A DNA stretch of 64,000 nt from Lachnospiraceae bacterium (GTDB lineage Bacteria; Bacillota; Clostridia; Lachnospirales; Lachnospiraceae), in NCBI GenBank assembly GCA_050309585.1, contig JBNRML010000073.1:7950-71949 (forward strand), in the 5' to 3' direction. This document shows positions 1 to 8,375 of this stretch, piece after piece. Below the pieces are notes generated by a model. That model saw nothing but the letters and a program-made list of their open reading frames with translations. It was not told where the DNA came from and searched no databases. Numbering within the stretch: position 1 is the first letter of the stretch; each line of letters opens with the position of its first letter. Both the position numbers and the translations under genes were made by a program.

Positions 1-247
1 TTGGAGTTATGGAATCCCTCATATACTTCGTTTCCATTGCTGAAGTATATCCGTATAATTCGTTAACTTCGATATCCCCGTCTTCCACGCCACTCCCCGA
101 AGCCATAAAAGTCGCCGTAGGCAGAGTTGGCTCTCCCATTATTATCATGTCTTTATTGCTTTTATCCCTGTTAATAAAAAACAATCCCAAAACAATGAGA
201 ACAAAAACTATTATCAAAATAAATAATTTACTAATTACTTTTTTCAT
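1..247 (-). CDS. 5' part of a membrane-anchored hypothetical protein (runs off the window edge)
   Basis: Manual translation MKKVISKLFILIIVFVLIVLGLFFINRDKSNKDMIIMGEPTLP...; ATG at 247 with GGAG RBS; N-terminal hydrophobic anchor; frame open to position 1. Not in the ORF track. Confidence 0.75.
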   Translation of the reverse strand, partial: MKKVISKLFILIIVFVLIVLGLFFINRDKSNKDMIIMGEPTLPTATFMASGSGVEDGDIEVNELYGYTSAMETKYMRDSITP

Positions 248-260
248 CTTAACTCCATTC

Positions 261-1433
261 CTACATTAACAAACTCACAATGGTTGGCTGAATTTCAAAC
301 TCTGAAATTAGTTTATCTATCTTTTCCTTATCTCCCTTTTCATTCTTCTTAACTGCCCTTATAAGGAGATTTTTAGGGGTATGCTCCATATCAATAAATT
401 CGAGAATCTCTGTTTTATATCCCTTTGTTTTCAACATTTCTGCCCTGATTGCATCCGTCATAATGGCAGACAGCCTGTCCTTTAGAATTCCATACTCAAG
501 AACGGGTGACATAAGCTCATTCTTAATCTGCTTATTAACCTCATGCTGACAGCATGGCACAGACAAGATAACCTTTGCATTCCAAATCACTGCTTTGTAA
601 AGCGCATAATCTGTTGCAGTATCACAGGCATGAAGTGTCACCACCATATCCACCTGATTTGCCCCCTGATATTCAGCAATATCACCCAGCTTAAATGTGA
701 GCTTGTCATAGCCATATTTATTACTCAGATTATTGCACTTTTCAATGACATCCTTTTTCAAATCCAGACCTGTTATGGACACATCAAGTCCGCATAAATC
801 GTGAAGGTAATAATATATTGCAAATGTCAGATAGCTTTTTCCACAACCAAAATCAATTATCTTTAATTCCCTGTCACCTGGAAGCTCCATAACCACATCC
901 CTGATAAACTCAAGAAATCTGTTTATCTGCTTAAACTTATCATATTTAGGTTTTAGTACTTCACCTTTATTGTTCATCACTCCTAAATCCACGAGGAAAG
1001 GAACCGGAATTCCCTCCTCAAGAATGTAATTTTTCTTCCTGTTATGATTTAAATCCATTTTTATGTTCTCAGGAATTTTTACTGAATTAACATCTGATTT
1101 CTTTCTGTTTAGTGTTATCTTTCCCTTTTTGCTCACAAGTATGGTCTCTGTCACATTTCTGGTCAGAATCTCACACTGCTTAAAGCTGTTAACAATCATT
1201 TTTTCAACATACCTGGCTATTTCGTCATCATCATAATTTTTATGAAATACCTGAGTTCCAATGTATTCTGTAGACTGGTAGCTTAATACCCCATTTAACA
1301 TTACCGGGCGTATTTTTATTTTTGTAATTCCATCCTTAATTCTTGGATTGCTAATCACAATTCGAAGAAGGCTTTCGTTTATTACGTTTTTCAACTCTGC
1401 TATTAATTCTTCTCTTTCCAAATCTTCGTACAC
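261..1433 (-). CDS. class I SAM-dependent methyltransferase
   Basis: Motifs IIDFGCGKSYLTF and VVTLHACDTATD; GTG start. Confidence 0.85.
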   Translation of the reverse strand: MYEDLEREELIAELKNVINESLLRIVISNPRIKDGITKIKIRPVMLNGVLSYQSTEYIGTQVFHKNYDDDEIARYVEKMIVNSFKQCEILTRNVTETILVSKKGKITLNRKKSDVNSVKIPENIKMDLNHNRKKNYILEEGIPVPFLVDLGVMNNKGEVLKPKYDKFKQINRFLEFIRDVVMELPGDRELKIIDFGCGKSYLTFAIYYYLHDLCGLDVSITGLDLKKDVIEKCNNLSNKYGYDKLTFKLGDIAEYQGANQVDMVVTLHACDTATDYALYKAVIWNAKVILSVPCCQHEVNKQIKNELMSPVLEYGILKDRLSAIMTDAIRAEMLKTKGYKTEILEFIDMEHTPKNLLIRAVKKNEKGDKEKIDKLISEFEIQPTIVSLLM

Positions 1434-1456
1434 TCCAATCTACATTTATTAGTACT

Positions 1457-3451
1457 TTATGCCAAAATATCCTCTGTGTATGCTCTCAATATTTCACCCA
1501 CACTCCATGCCTGCGCATAAGCCCCCCTTGAAACATTAGGCTCATTTCCATCAAAAATTTCCGCAATTGAACCCACACAGCCATCTGTGAGATGGTCTTT
1601 TAGTGGCTCAATGAGATGTAATGCATATTCCTTCGCGTCCTCGTTTTTGCCAAACACCTTCATATATGCAGTAACAAGTGCCCCCAATGGATATGCCCAG
1701 GTTGTTCCCTGGTGATAAGCAGCATCCCTGTCACGAAGCTTTCCCTTGTAATACGGCTGATATTCAGGATTCTCTTTATTCAATGTCCTCAAACCATAGG
1801 TTCCGTAAAGCTTTGTTATCACTTTCTCAACAACTGACTTTTCCTTGTCAGGACTTAACATTGTGTATGGAAGTGACACTGCATAAATCTGGTTCGGTCT
1901 GATTTTGTCATCTTTTTCATCGTTATCCACAACATCATAAAGACATTTTTCTTTTTTATTCCAGAATTCTTTATTAAAAGATTCCTTAACCTTTGCCGCA
2001 AGGTTACCATACTCTTCAGACTCCCAGCCGTATTTTGAACATTTTCCAAAACGTGCACTCAATTTTTCCATCACCCTGAGAGCGTTGTACCAAAGGGCAT
2101 TTATCTCTACTGGCTTTCCATGTCGAGGTGTAACAACCCAGGTCCCCACTCGAACATCCATCCATGTAACCTGGTCATATCCGCCGCCAGCATGGATAAG
2201 TCCGTCCTCTTCCATGTAAATCGAAAAATCTGTTCCCTTGCTGTAATAGTATATTATTTCCTCAAGCTTTTCAAAAATCTCATCCTTTATAAACTGGTAA
2301 TCCTCACCCTTACCGGTATATGAAAGGAATTTATCCACAGAATAAAAATACCAGAGTGATGCATCAACAGTATTGTATCCCGGTTTCAATCCCGCATCAG
2401 GAAATACATTTGGCACAAGTCCCTTGTCAACATACTGGGCAAAAGACTTAAGAATGCTTTTTGCATCTTCAAATCTCTTTGTGCAAAGTGTAAGTCCCTG
2501 GAGTGCAATCATTGTGTCTCTTCCCCAGTCTGTAAACCATGGATAACCGGCCATAATTGTCTTATTCTTTGTGGAATCTCTCATGACAACAAACTGGTCT
2601 GCAGCCTGCACAAGTGAATTGGCAAACTCATCTGTATAGCCTGCATTTGCCTTAATGCCTTTTATTCTCTCTGTTGCCAGCTCTATTGTCTTAAATGCAT
2701 CCTTTTCAAATTTATTTTCTATGGAACAGATAACCGAAACCCTTTTATGTTCATATGGTGCCAGCTTAACCACAACCTTATATGGTGTGAAGCTGTTGCT
2801 TATTGGCTCTCCACCGGTTGTAATCTCTGTCTGTAAAAGCATGTCGTGGTCGTATTTTTCCTCACTTTCCACAAACTTACCATTACTTGCATAAAACTTA
2901 ATGGCAACCTTTTTATTCTTCTTTGGAACCAGCTTCAATGTCTTTTTTCCCGGAAAATCCATTTCGAATTTAAGCTCTGATTTTTCCATTCTTGAGCTGT
3001 GATCACGATAAGTAAAAAACGGGGTAATCTCATAAACTGCAGCCTCAGGTCCGTTCATTATATCATAGCCAATGGCTACCGTATTCTTTTCCCACTCCAT
3101 TGCCAAAGTCTTTGTAATGAAAGTTCCCTCTGCCTGATACACAAAATGTGGAAGCTCATCATATATAAACCTCTGAAGGTAATTCTGCCCATTGTCATTC
3201 CATCCACCTGGTCTCTGATTTGTGGCAAAGGAATATTCCCTGTCTCCAATGGTAATTTTCTCATCTGTCTTATTAAGAACTGCATAACGCTCTACTGGCG
3301 GTCTGAGACTTGCCACAAGATATGCATGATGCATTCTGGCACATGCATTAATAATACTGCTTCCGCAATATCCACCGATACCATTTGTAATAACCCATTC
3401 TCTCTCTACACCTGCTTCTAATGTTTTCCAAAATCCTTTTCCAAATTCCAT
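1457..3451 (-). CDS. glycogen debranching enzyme (amylo-alpha-1,6-glucosidase, GDE_N+GDE_C)
   Basis: EWVITNGIGGY N-terminus; AGYPWFTDWGRDTMI, TWMD, RHGKPVEINALWYNAL, YHQGTTW and AQAWSVGE motifs. Confidence 0.92.
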   Translation of the reverse strand: MEFGKGFWKTLEAGVEREWVITNGIGGYCGSSIINACARMHHAYLVASLRPPVERYAVLNKTDEKITIGDREYSFATNQRPGGWNDNGQNYLQRFIYDELPHFVYQAEGTFITKTLAMEWEKNTVAIGYDIMNGPEAAVYEITPFFTYRDHSSRMEKSELKFEMDFPGKKTLKLVPKKNKKVAIKFYASNGKFVESEEKYDHDMLLQTEITTGGEPISNSFTPYKVVVKLAPYEHKRVSVICSIENKFEKDAFKTIELATERIKGIKANAGYTDEFANSLVQAADQFVVMRDSTKNKTIMAGYPWFTDWGRDTMIALQGLTLCTKRFEDAKSILKSFAQYVDKGLVPNVFPDAGLKPGYNTVDASLWYFYSVDKFLSYTGKGEDYQFIKDEIFEKLEEIIYYYSKGTDFSIYMEEDGLIHAGGGYDQVTWMDVRVGTWVVTPRHGKPVEINALWYNALRVMEKLSARFGKCSKYGWESEEYGNLAAKVKESFNKEFWNKKEKCLYDVVDNDEKDDKIRPNQIYAVSLPYTMLSPDKEKSVVEKVITKLYGTYGLRTLNKENPEYQPYYKGKLRDRDAAYHQGTTWAYPLGALVTAYMKVFGKNEDAKEYALHLIEPLKDHLTDGCVGSIAEIFDGNEPNVSRGAYAQAWSVGEILRAYTEDILA

Positions 3452-3474
3452 GTTCTGCCTCCGCTAAATTATTA

Positions 3475-3518
3475 TATACTCTCGAAATCTTTTTCGCATA
3501 TGTCTTTCCGAGAGTACA
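3475..3518. promoter_or_regulatory. 44-bp imperfect palindrome, copy 1 of a recurring upstream motif
   Basis: tatactctcgaaatctttttcgcatatgtctttccgagagtaca; closely similar to 13173-13213, with a half-site at 38531-38549. Confidence 0.6.
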
Positions 3519-3566
3519 TTTTTTTCATAAACCCATATTTCCTTCAGCTTTAAAATTCTAAATCCA

Positions 3567-4496
3567 CTAATCCTCAAACAGCGGTGTTGAGAAATATCTC
3601 TCCGCCGTATCCGGTAAAACAGTGACAACTGTCTTTCCTTTTCCAAGCTTCTTTGCAAGTTTCAAAGCAGCACACACATTTGTACCACTGGATATTCCAC
3701 ACATAAGCCCTTCTTTTGCGGCTAAATCCTTCGCTGTCTGAATCGCCTCTTCATCAGTAATCACACAGATGTCATCATATATGTTCAGATTTAAAATTTC
3801 TGGTATTACACCATCTCCTATACCCATCTGCAGATGAGTCCCAATATCACCTCCGGCCAAAATTGCTGCATTTTCAGGCTCTACTGCCCATATTTCAATA
3901 TTCGGATACTGTGCCTTCAACACTTCGCCTATTCCTGTGATTGTTCCCCCCGTTCCAATTCCTGAGCAGAAACCATCAATATGTCCTGCTACCTGCTCCA
4001 TGATTTCCAATGCAGTGTGATTTTTATGTGCCATTGGATTTGCCGGATTTTCAAACTGCTGTGGAACAAATACATTTTTATCTTCTTTTGCCATTCGAAG
4101 GGCTGTCTGAAGACATTCTTCTATACATTCTCCAATATTTCCATCATCATGAATAAGAATAACCTCTGCTCCATAATGCTTTACTAATTTTCTTCTCTCT
4201 TCACTTACTGAATCAGGCATAATAATTACAGTTTTATAGCCTCTTACCGCACCCACCAGTGCAAGACCAATTCCCTGATTTCCACTTGTCGGTTCCACAA
4301 TTATGGTGTCTTTGTTTATAAGATTTTTCCTCTCCGCTTCAATAATCATATTGTAAGCTGTTCTAGTCTTTATTGAGCCGCCTACATTTAAGCCCTCAAA
4401 CTTAACAAGAACCTCTGCACTGTTTTCGTCCACCATTTTGTTAAGTCGAATAATCGGTGTGTGACCTATGGCCTCTAAAACATTGTTATAAATCAT
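3567..4496 (-). CDS. cysK: cysteine synthase (O-acetylserine sulfhydrylase)
   Basis: IGHTPIIRL, PLP lysine in GGSIKTR, EPTSGNQGIGLA, GIGTGGTITG, PDTAERY. Start reset to ATG 4496 (GGAG RBS); the ORF-track extension overlaps the next gene. Confidence 0.93.
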   Translation of the reverse strand: MIYNNVLEAIGHTPIIRLNKMVDENSAEVLVKFEGLNVGGSIKTRTAYNMIIEAERKNLINKDTIIVEPTSGNQGIGLALVGAVRGYKTVIIMPDSVSEERRKLVKHYGAEVILIHDDGNIGECIEECLQTALRMAKEDKNVFVPQQFENPANPMAHKNHTALEIMEQVAGHIDGFCSGIGTGGTITGIGEVLKAQYPNIEIWAVEPENAAILAGGDIGTHLQMGIGDGVIPEILNLNIYDDICVITDEEAIQTAKDLAAKEGLMCGISSGTNVCAALKLAKKLGKGKTVVTVLPDTAERYFSTPLFED

Positions 4497-4563
4497 CTCA
4501 AATCTCCATTTCTTTATAAGCATAATAACACCAGAACATTTCTGTCCCGGTGTGTATACATTT

Positions 4564-6048
4564 CTACTCTTCTGAGTTATAGCTTTCCAATATTCTCTTA
4601 CAATACTCTGTAAAAGACATATTGCTGTCATCATTTGATGTATAGTCCCCTTCAAGTGAAAATCCAGGGAACTCCTCATCTACATTTGCAAAGTCAATTG
4701 TAGGCTCTGTGACCTCTTCATAATTTTCCTTAGCAGTTTCATAATACGCATTGAAATTCTCATCCTTAAGCCAATCTCCACCTGCAATTTCACTTAATAC
4801 CTTATCATAACCTTCCTTACAATATGCATCATCATTCAAAACAGCTTTCCAGATAAAAGGATTTACCTGCTCCCTGCCAAGTCCCTCTGCATCCTCTGAA
4901 TAAGGTGATACCACTGTCATACCTGTTGCATCCGGATTCCAGCCATAAGTAATTCCAAGACATCTGTCATAGTCATAAGGAATAAAATAAGCCTTTCCCG
5001 TGCTGGCAGAAAAATACACATAATGATTATTGTAATTATTTCTGTAATCATCAGGGTTTCCCACAAAATAACTTACCGCCATGAATTTCTCAAGATATTC
5101 CGTATCAATTACGCTCTCAAAATCTTCTTTTGTAGAGTTATCATCATTAATTACTTTCAGCATATTTTCTAGGTTTTCATGCTTTGATTCTGAGCGGTTT
5201 GTCTTTAAGTCGTAATTGTAAAACATTCCTTTATCCGGATCTTCAACACCGTAAGTAACACTGCTCTCAACATAGTTTGCCGGCTTATATGTCCAGGCTA
5301 CCTTATACAAATCTCCTCCCTGGTCCTCCTTAGGGAAATGTTTCTCAATAAACTCTTTATCTACCGGCTCATAGATATTCACAAGTCCAAAATTTTCACC
5401 ATTCATGCCAAAAGAGCACAAATTAACCCTCTGGGCATAAACCCCGTATTCCCTGAACATATCATATGCATAAAGCTCTCTTATGTGAGTGCCGTCCATA
5501 TTTTTATTCCACTTAACTTCCAACCCCTTGAGTGATGCAAACCTTCTGTCTTTTCTTTCCTGCTTTTCCTCTTCACTGTCCCACTCTTTTGCATCCTCAC
5601 CATAGTAATCCTCGTCATCAAAGGTCTCATTAAAGCTTAATCTGTAATGTGAAAGGTTCATCTCTCCCGTGTCTTCATCATATACAGGAACTCTCGAGGT
5701 ATTTCCTTTTAATCTTATTCCTACCTCTTCTATTTCATACACGGCATCCCCAACTGAAATAATAACTTTATCAGCCATTCTGTAAATAGGTGATTTTGAA
5801 TTTATTCCATCATAATAATCGTAGTCTTCCTGTAATTTATTTAATTCCTCATCAGATATCTGCACCTGAATCGAGACTGGATTTTCCAAATCAAAAAGCT
5901 GCTCATATACCTCATCTATTTTTACAGTCTCTTCACTAACTTCATCAACCGGAATTTTTTCCGGTTTCTTTTCCTCTGTTTTTTCACAGCCGAGCAATGT
6001 GAACGACAACATTCCGACAAGCATCATTATACCAATTTTTCTTTTCAT
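4564..6048 (-). CDS. CotH-kinase family lipoprotein
   Basis: Lipobox LLGC after a hydrophobic leader; GIRLKGNTSR, GDLYK, NPDDYRNNYNNHYVY and FIPYDYDRCLG match CotH motifs. Start set at ATG 6048 (AAGGA RBS). Confidence 0.8.
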   Translation of the reverse strand: MKRKIGIMMLVGMLSFTLLGCEKTEEKKPEKIPVDEVSEETVKIDEVYEQLFDLENPVSIQVQISDEELNKLQEDYDYYDGINSKSPIYRMADKVIISVGDAVYEIEEVGIRLKGNTSRVPVYDEDTGEMNLSHYRLSFNETFDDEDYYGEDAKEWDSEEEKQERKDRRFASLKGLEVKWNKNMDGTHIRELYAYDMFREYGVYAQRVNLCSFGMNGENFGLVNIYEPVDKEFIEKHFPKEDQGGDLYKVAWTYKPANYVESSVTYGVEDPDKGMFYNYDLKTNRSESKHENLENMLKVINDDNSTKEDFESVIDTEYLEKFMAVSYFVGNPDDYRNNYNNHYVYFSASTGKAYFIPYDYDRCLGITYGWNPDATGMTVVSPYSEDAEGLGREQVNPFIWKAVLNDDAYCKEGYDKVLSEIAGGDWLKDENFNAYYETAKENYEEVTEPTIDFANVDEEFPGFSLEGDYTSNDDSNMSFTEYCKRILESYNSEE

Positions 6049-6172
6049 CAGTGCCATCCTTTCCATTTTTACATACTTTTTAAACACATTTCACTACTAC
6101 CTTATTGCGTTATTTTATCATTTATTATAAAATAATTCAACGATAAACAATACGAATTAACGGAGTGAAAAA

Positions 6173-7021
6173 ATGGAAAATAATAATGATAAAAAAGCTT
6201 TATTCCACGAAATGCTGACCTTTTTAATTGAATCTGCAAACATTAACAATGGCACTCTCACAATGGAAGAAATTCAGAATGCCTTAAAGGACGTAATTGA
6301 TGATGATTCCATGTATCAATTAGTTTACGATTATCTTTTAGAAAACAAAATTACAATCAAGGGATATATTTCCACGGAAAAAGAAATAAAAACAGGCAGC
6401 GCTACTCATACGTATTCAAAAACTGCGGAGGATTCTCTTGAAAAAAAATTTATTGATATGTATATGGAAGAAATCTGTAATGTCTCTTCCCCCGCGGAAG
6501 AAAAAGAACTTGAACTCCTTTCGGAGCTCATTGTTGCTCCTGACAACAAAGAAACTGTAAATCAGCTTGTAGAAGGAAATTTAAACAAGGTTTTGACAAT
6601 TGTTGAAAGTTACAAAGGAAAGGGTGTCTCTTTCGGAGATCTCATTCAAGAGGGAAACTTGGGATTAATTGAGGGAATCCTCACTTATACTGACACATTA
6701 TGTAAAGAAATCCCAGTTTGTGATTTTACAGTCTCTGAAAAAGACCTTGAAAGCTTTCACAATCACTTAACCTCAACAATAGTAAAGGCATTGGAAGATG
6801 CCATTCTTGAGCAAAACACCTCTGCAAGAATTTATGCTCACACTGTGGACCGCGCAAACGAGCTTGACCGCGCCTCTATCGAATTGAGCAAAAAACTTGA
6901 CCGCACACCTACTCTTGAGGAATTGGCCAAACACGTTGCACTTCCTGAAGATGAAGTTGAAAGAATTATGAAAATGTCCCTTGATGCACTTACAATTAAC
7001 CAAAATGTGGATGAAGAATAG
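6173..7021 (+). CDS. RpoD-like sigma-70 domain protein (regions 1.1, 1.2, 2, 3; no region 4)
   Basis: LVEGNLNKVLTIVESY (r2.1), DLIQEGNLGLIEG (r2.2), LDRTPTLEELA (r3); protein ends before any region 4 HTH. Confidence 0.8.
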   Translation: MENNNDKKALFHEMLTFLIESANINNGTLTMEEIQNALKDVIDDDSMYQLVYDYLLENKITIKGYISTEKEIKTGSATHTYSKTAEDSLEKKFIDMYMEEICNVSSPAEEKELELLSELIVAPDNKETVNQLVEGNLNKVLTIVESYKGKGVSFGDLIQEGNLGLIEGILTYTDTLCKEIPVCDFTVSEKDLESFHNHLTSTIVKALEDAILEQNTSARIYAHTVDRANELDRASIELSKKLDRTPTLEELAKHVALPEDEVERIMKMSLDALTINQNVDEE

Positions 7022-7069
7022 ATGTTTTCACTGGCATCCTCCGTTATGGAACGTCGGTACTGCTGCTTG

Positions 7070-7270
7070 AGTGAACACTATGTGGTATTTACACATCCAT
7101 TTAGTGTGTGCTAAACTATTTGCCTTATTGGCCATTAAAATCACCTTTCCTTCGTTATAAATTGGCTTGAACAACCTTATTATAACGGAAAGGTGATTTT
7201 TTTTGTATAACAAACACCGCGCACCCGCATAGCGGGTGGTTTATATTTCGCACGCTTCGCGAGCTCAACA
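7070..7270 (-). mobile_element. tnpA: IS200/IS605-family remnant: left end, structured leader and first ~21 codons of tnpA
   Basis: ATG at 7135 gives MANKANSLAHTKWMCKYHIVFT (IS200 TnpA N-terminus), then similarity stops; hairpin acccgcatagcgggt (~7222-7236); long inverted repeat 7139-7199 pairing with the RBS. Confidence 0.88.
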
Positions 7271-7287
7271 GGGTCACGACCTATAAA

Positions 7288-7323
7288 AATAACGGGCAGA
7301 CATTACGTCCACCCGTCGTTATT
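7288..7323 (-). terminator. rho-independent terminator, copy A of a 36-bp direct repeat
   Basis: aataacgggcagacattacgtccacccgtcgttatt hairpin with U-tract on the minus strand, 4 nt after the stop at 7328. Confidence 0.75.
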
Positions 7324-7327
7324 ACTG

Positions 7328-8176
7328 TCAGTTTTTCTCATTAAGTAACTTTCTCAGTTCTGCAATCTCAGCATCCTTTTCTGCAGTTACCGCTTTGATT
7401 TCAGCATCCTTTTCAGCAAGTTTTGCATCCCTCTTAGCAAGTTCTGCATCCTTCTCTGCAAGTTTTTCTGCAAGTTCAGCGTCTTTTTTTGCAAGTTCAT
7501 CGGCATATATCTCTTTTGCGTATTCTTCGACTATTTCACACATAATCTCACGTCCTTCCTCAGAATCCTTGTAATATTTTATGGTTTTGCTTAATTCTGG
7601 GTACATTTTATCATCAAAGCTTTCTTTTTGCAAAAACAACTTTAATAAATGAGTGTATTTATTTTCCTCATCACTCCTGGCATTTGCAAATACGATGTCT
7701 TCCCCATCATTAATCGGCCTGTACACATCATCTGTCATCTGGCATCTTGATATGTGGGTTACGGCCTGACCATTTCCCAGTGCGTCATATTCCGTTATGT
7801 ACAGAATTTTGATGTTCGGAATGTCACTGAACTTTGTGCTTTTTGGAGTGTGGTTAACGGTAAGTATTGAGGCATGAAATCTTACTCTTTTAATGTCGTC
7901 ATTTGAATTTGATTTTTGCATCTCAATGTTACACAGGGTTCCGTCTCCAAGCTCACATAATGCATCAAGAATCACTTCCCTTTCCAGGCTTGATTCACTT
8001 TTCTGGGGCGTCACCTTTTTCACAATGAGCATCTCGTCATCAAGAAGTGTTCGCAGCATTTCCTGACAGACTAACTTATGGCTTGCTATAACCCTGAAAA
8101 ACGCATCATCAATAATTCGCAGGTTTTTAACTCTGCTGAGGGTTTCCTTGTTAATTTCCTTTTTTCCCTTTTTCAT
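7328..8176 (-). CDS. Rpn-family / PD-(D/E)XK nuclease family 'transposase' with repetitive coiled-coil C-terminus
   Basis: IDDAFFRVI, EVILDALCELGDGTLCNIEMQ, RVRFHAS motifs; C-terminal AEKDAE repeats; own RBS (GAGGAG) and sigmaA-like promoter (TTGCAT-17-TAATAT, 8248-8220). Confidence 0.85.
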   Translation of the reverse strand: MKKGKKEINKETLSRVKNLRIIDDAFFRVIASHKLVCQEMLRTLLDDEMLIVKKVTPQKSESSLEREVILDALCELGDGTLCNIEMQKSNSNDDIKRVRFHASILTVNHTPKSTKFSDIPNIKILYITEYDALGNGQAVTHISRCQMTDDVYRPINDGEDIVFANARSDEENKYTHLLKLFLQKESFDDKMYPELSKTIKYYKDSEEGREIMCEIVEEYAKEIYADELAKKDAELAEKLAEKDAELAKRDAKLAEKDAEIKAVTAEKDAEIAELRKLLNEKN

Positions 8177-8317
8177 TCGTGTCTCCTCTCTTTTTATTTT
8201 GATACAAATACATTATACCATATTACTATCCTGATTCATATAATGCAACTTATTTTTTTGAGATTTTCACATTCAACAAAAAATCCAAAACCACACATTT
8301 TCCGTCCGGTGGAAAAT

Positions 8318-8353
8318 AATAACGGGCAGACATTTCGTCCACCCGTCGCTATT
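8318..8353 (-). terminator. rho-independent terminator, copy B of the 36-bp direct repeat
   Basis: aataacgggcagacatttcgtccacccgtcgctatt; 34/36 identical to 7288-7323; 22 nt after the transketolase stop. Confidence 0.75.
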
Positions 8354-8375
8354 TCATACTCTTTTATTATTTACT

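Noticed and set aside
9-269. 86-aa plus-strand ORF and the many other short opposite-strand ORFs in the track (e.g. 11511-12131, 54070-54843, 42645-43247)
   Set aside because: They are antisense shadows of well-supported genes, lack RBSs, and their S/F-rich sequences mirror the real codons.
7028-7213. 61-aa ORF as a functional gene
   Set aside because: It is the truncated IS200 tnpA start fused to unrelated sequence; the second His of the HuH motif and the catalytic Tyr are absent.
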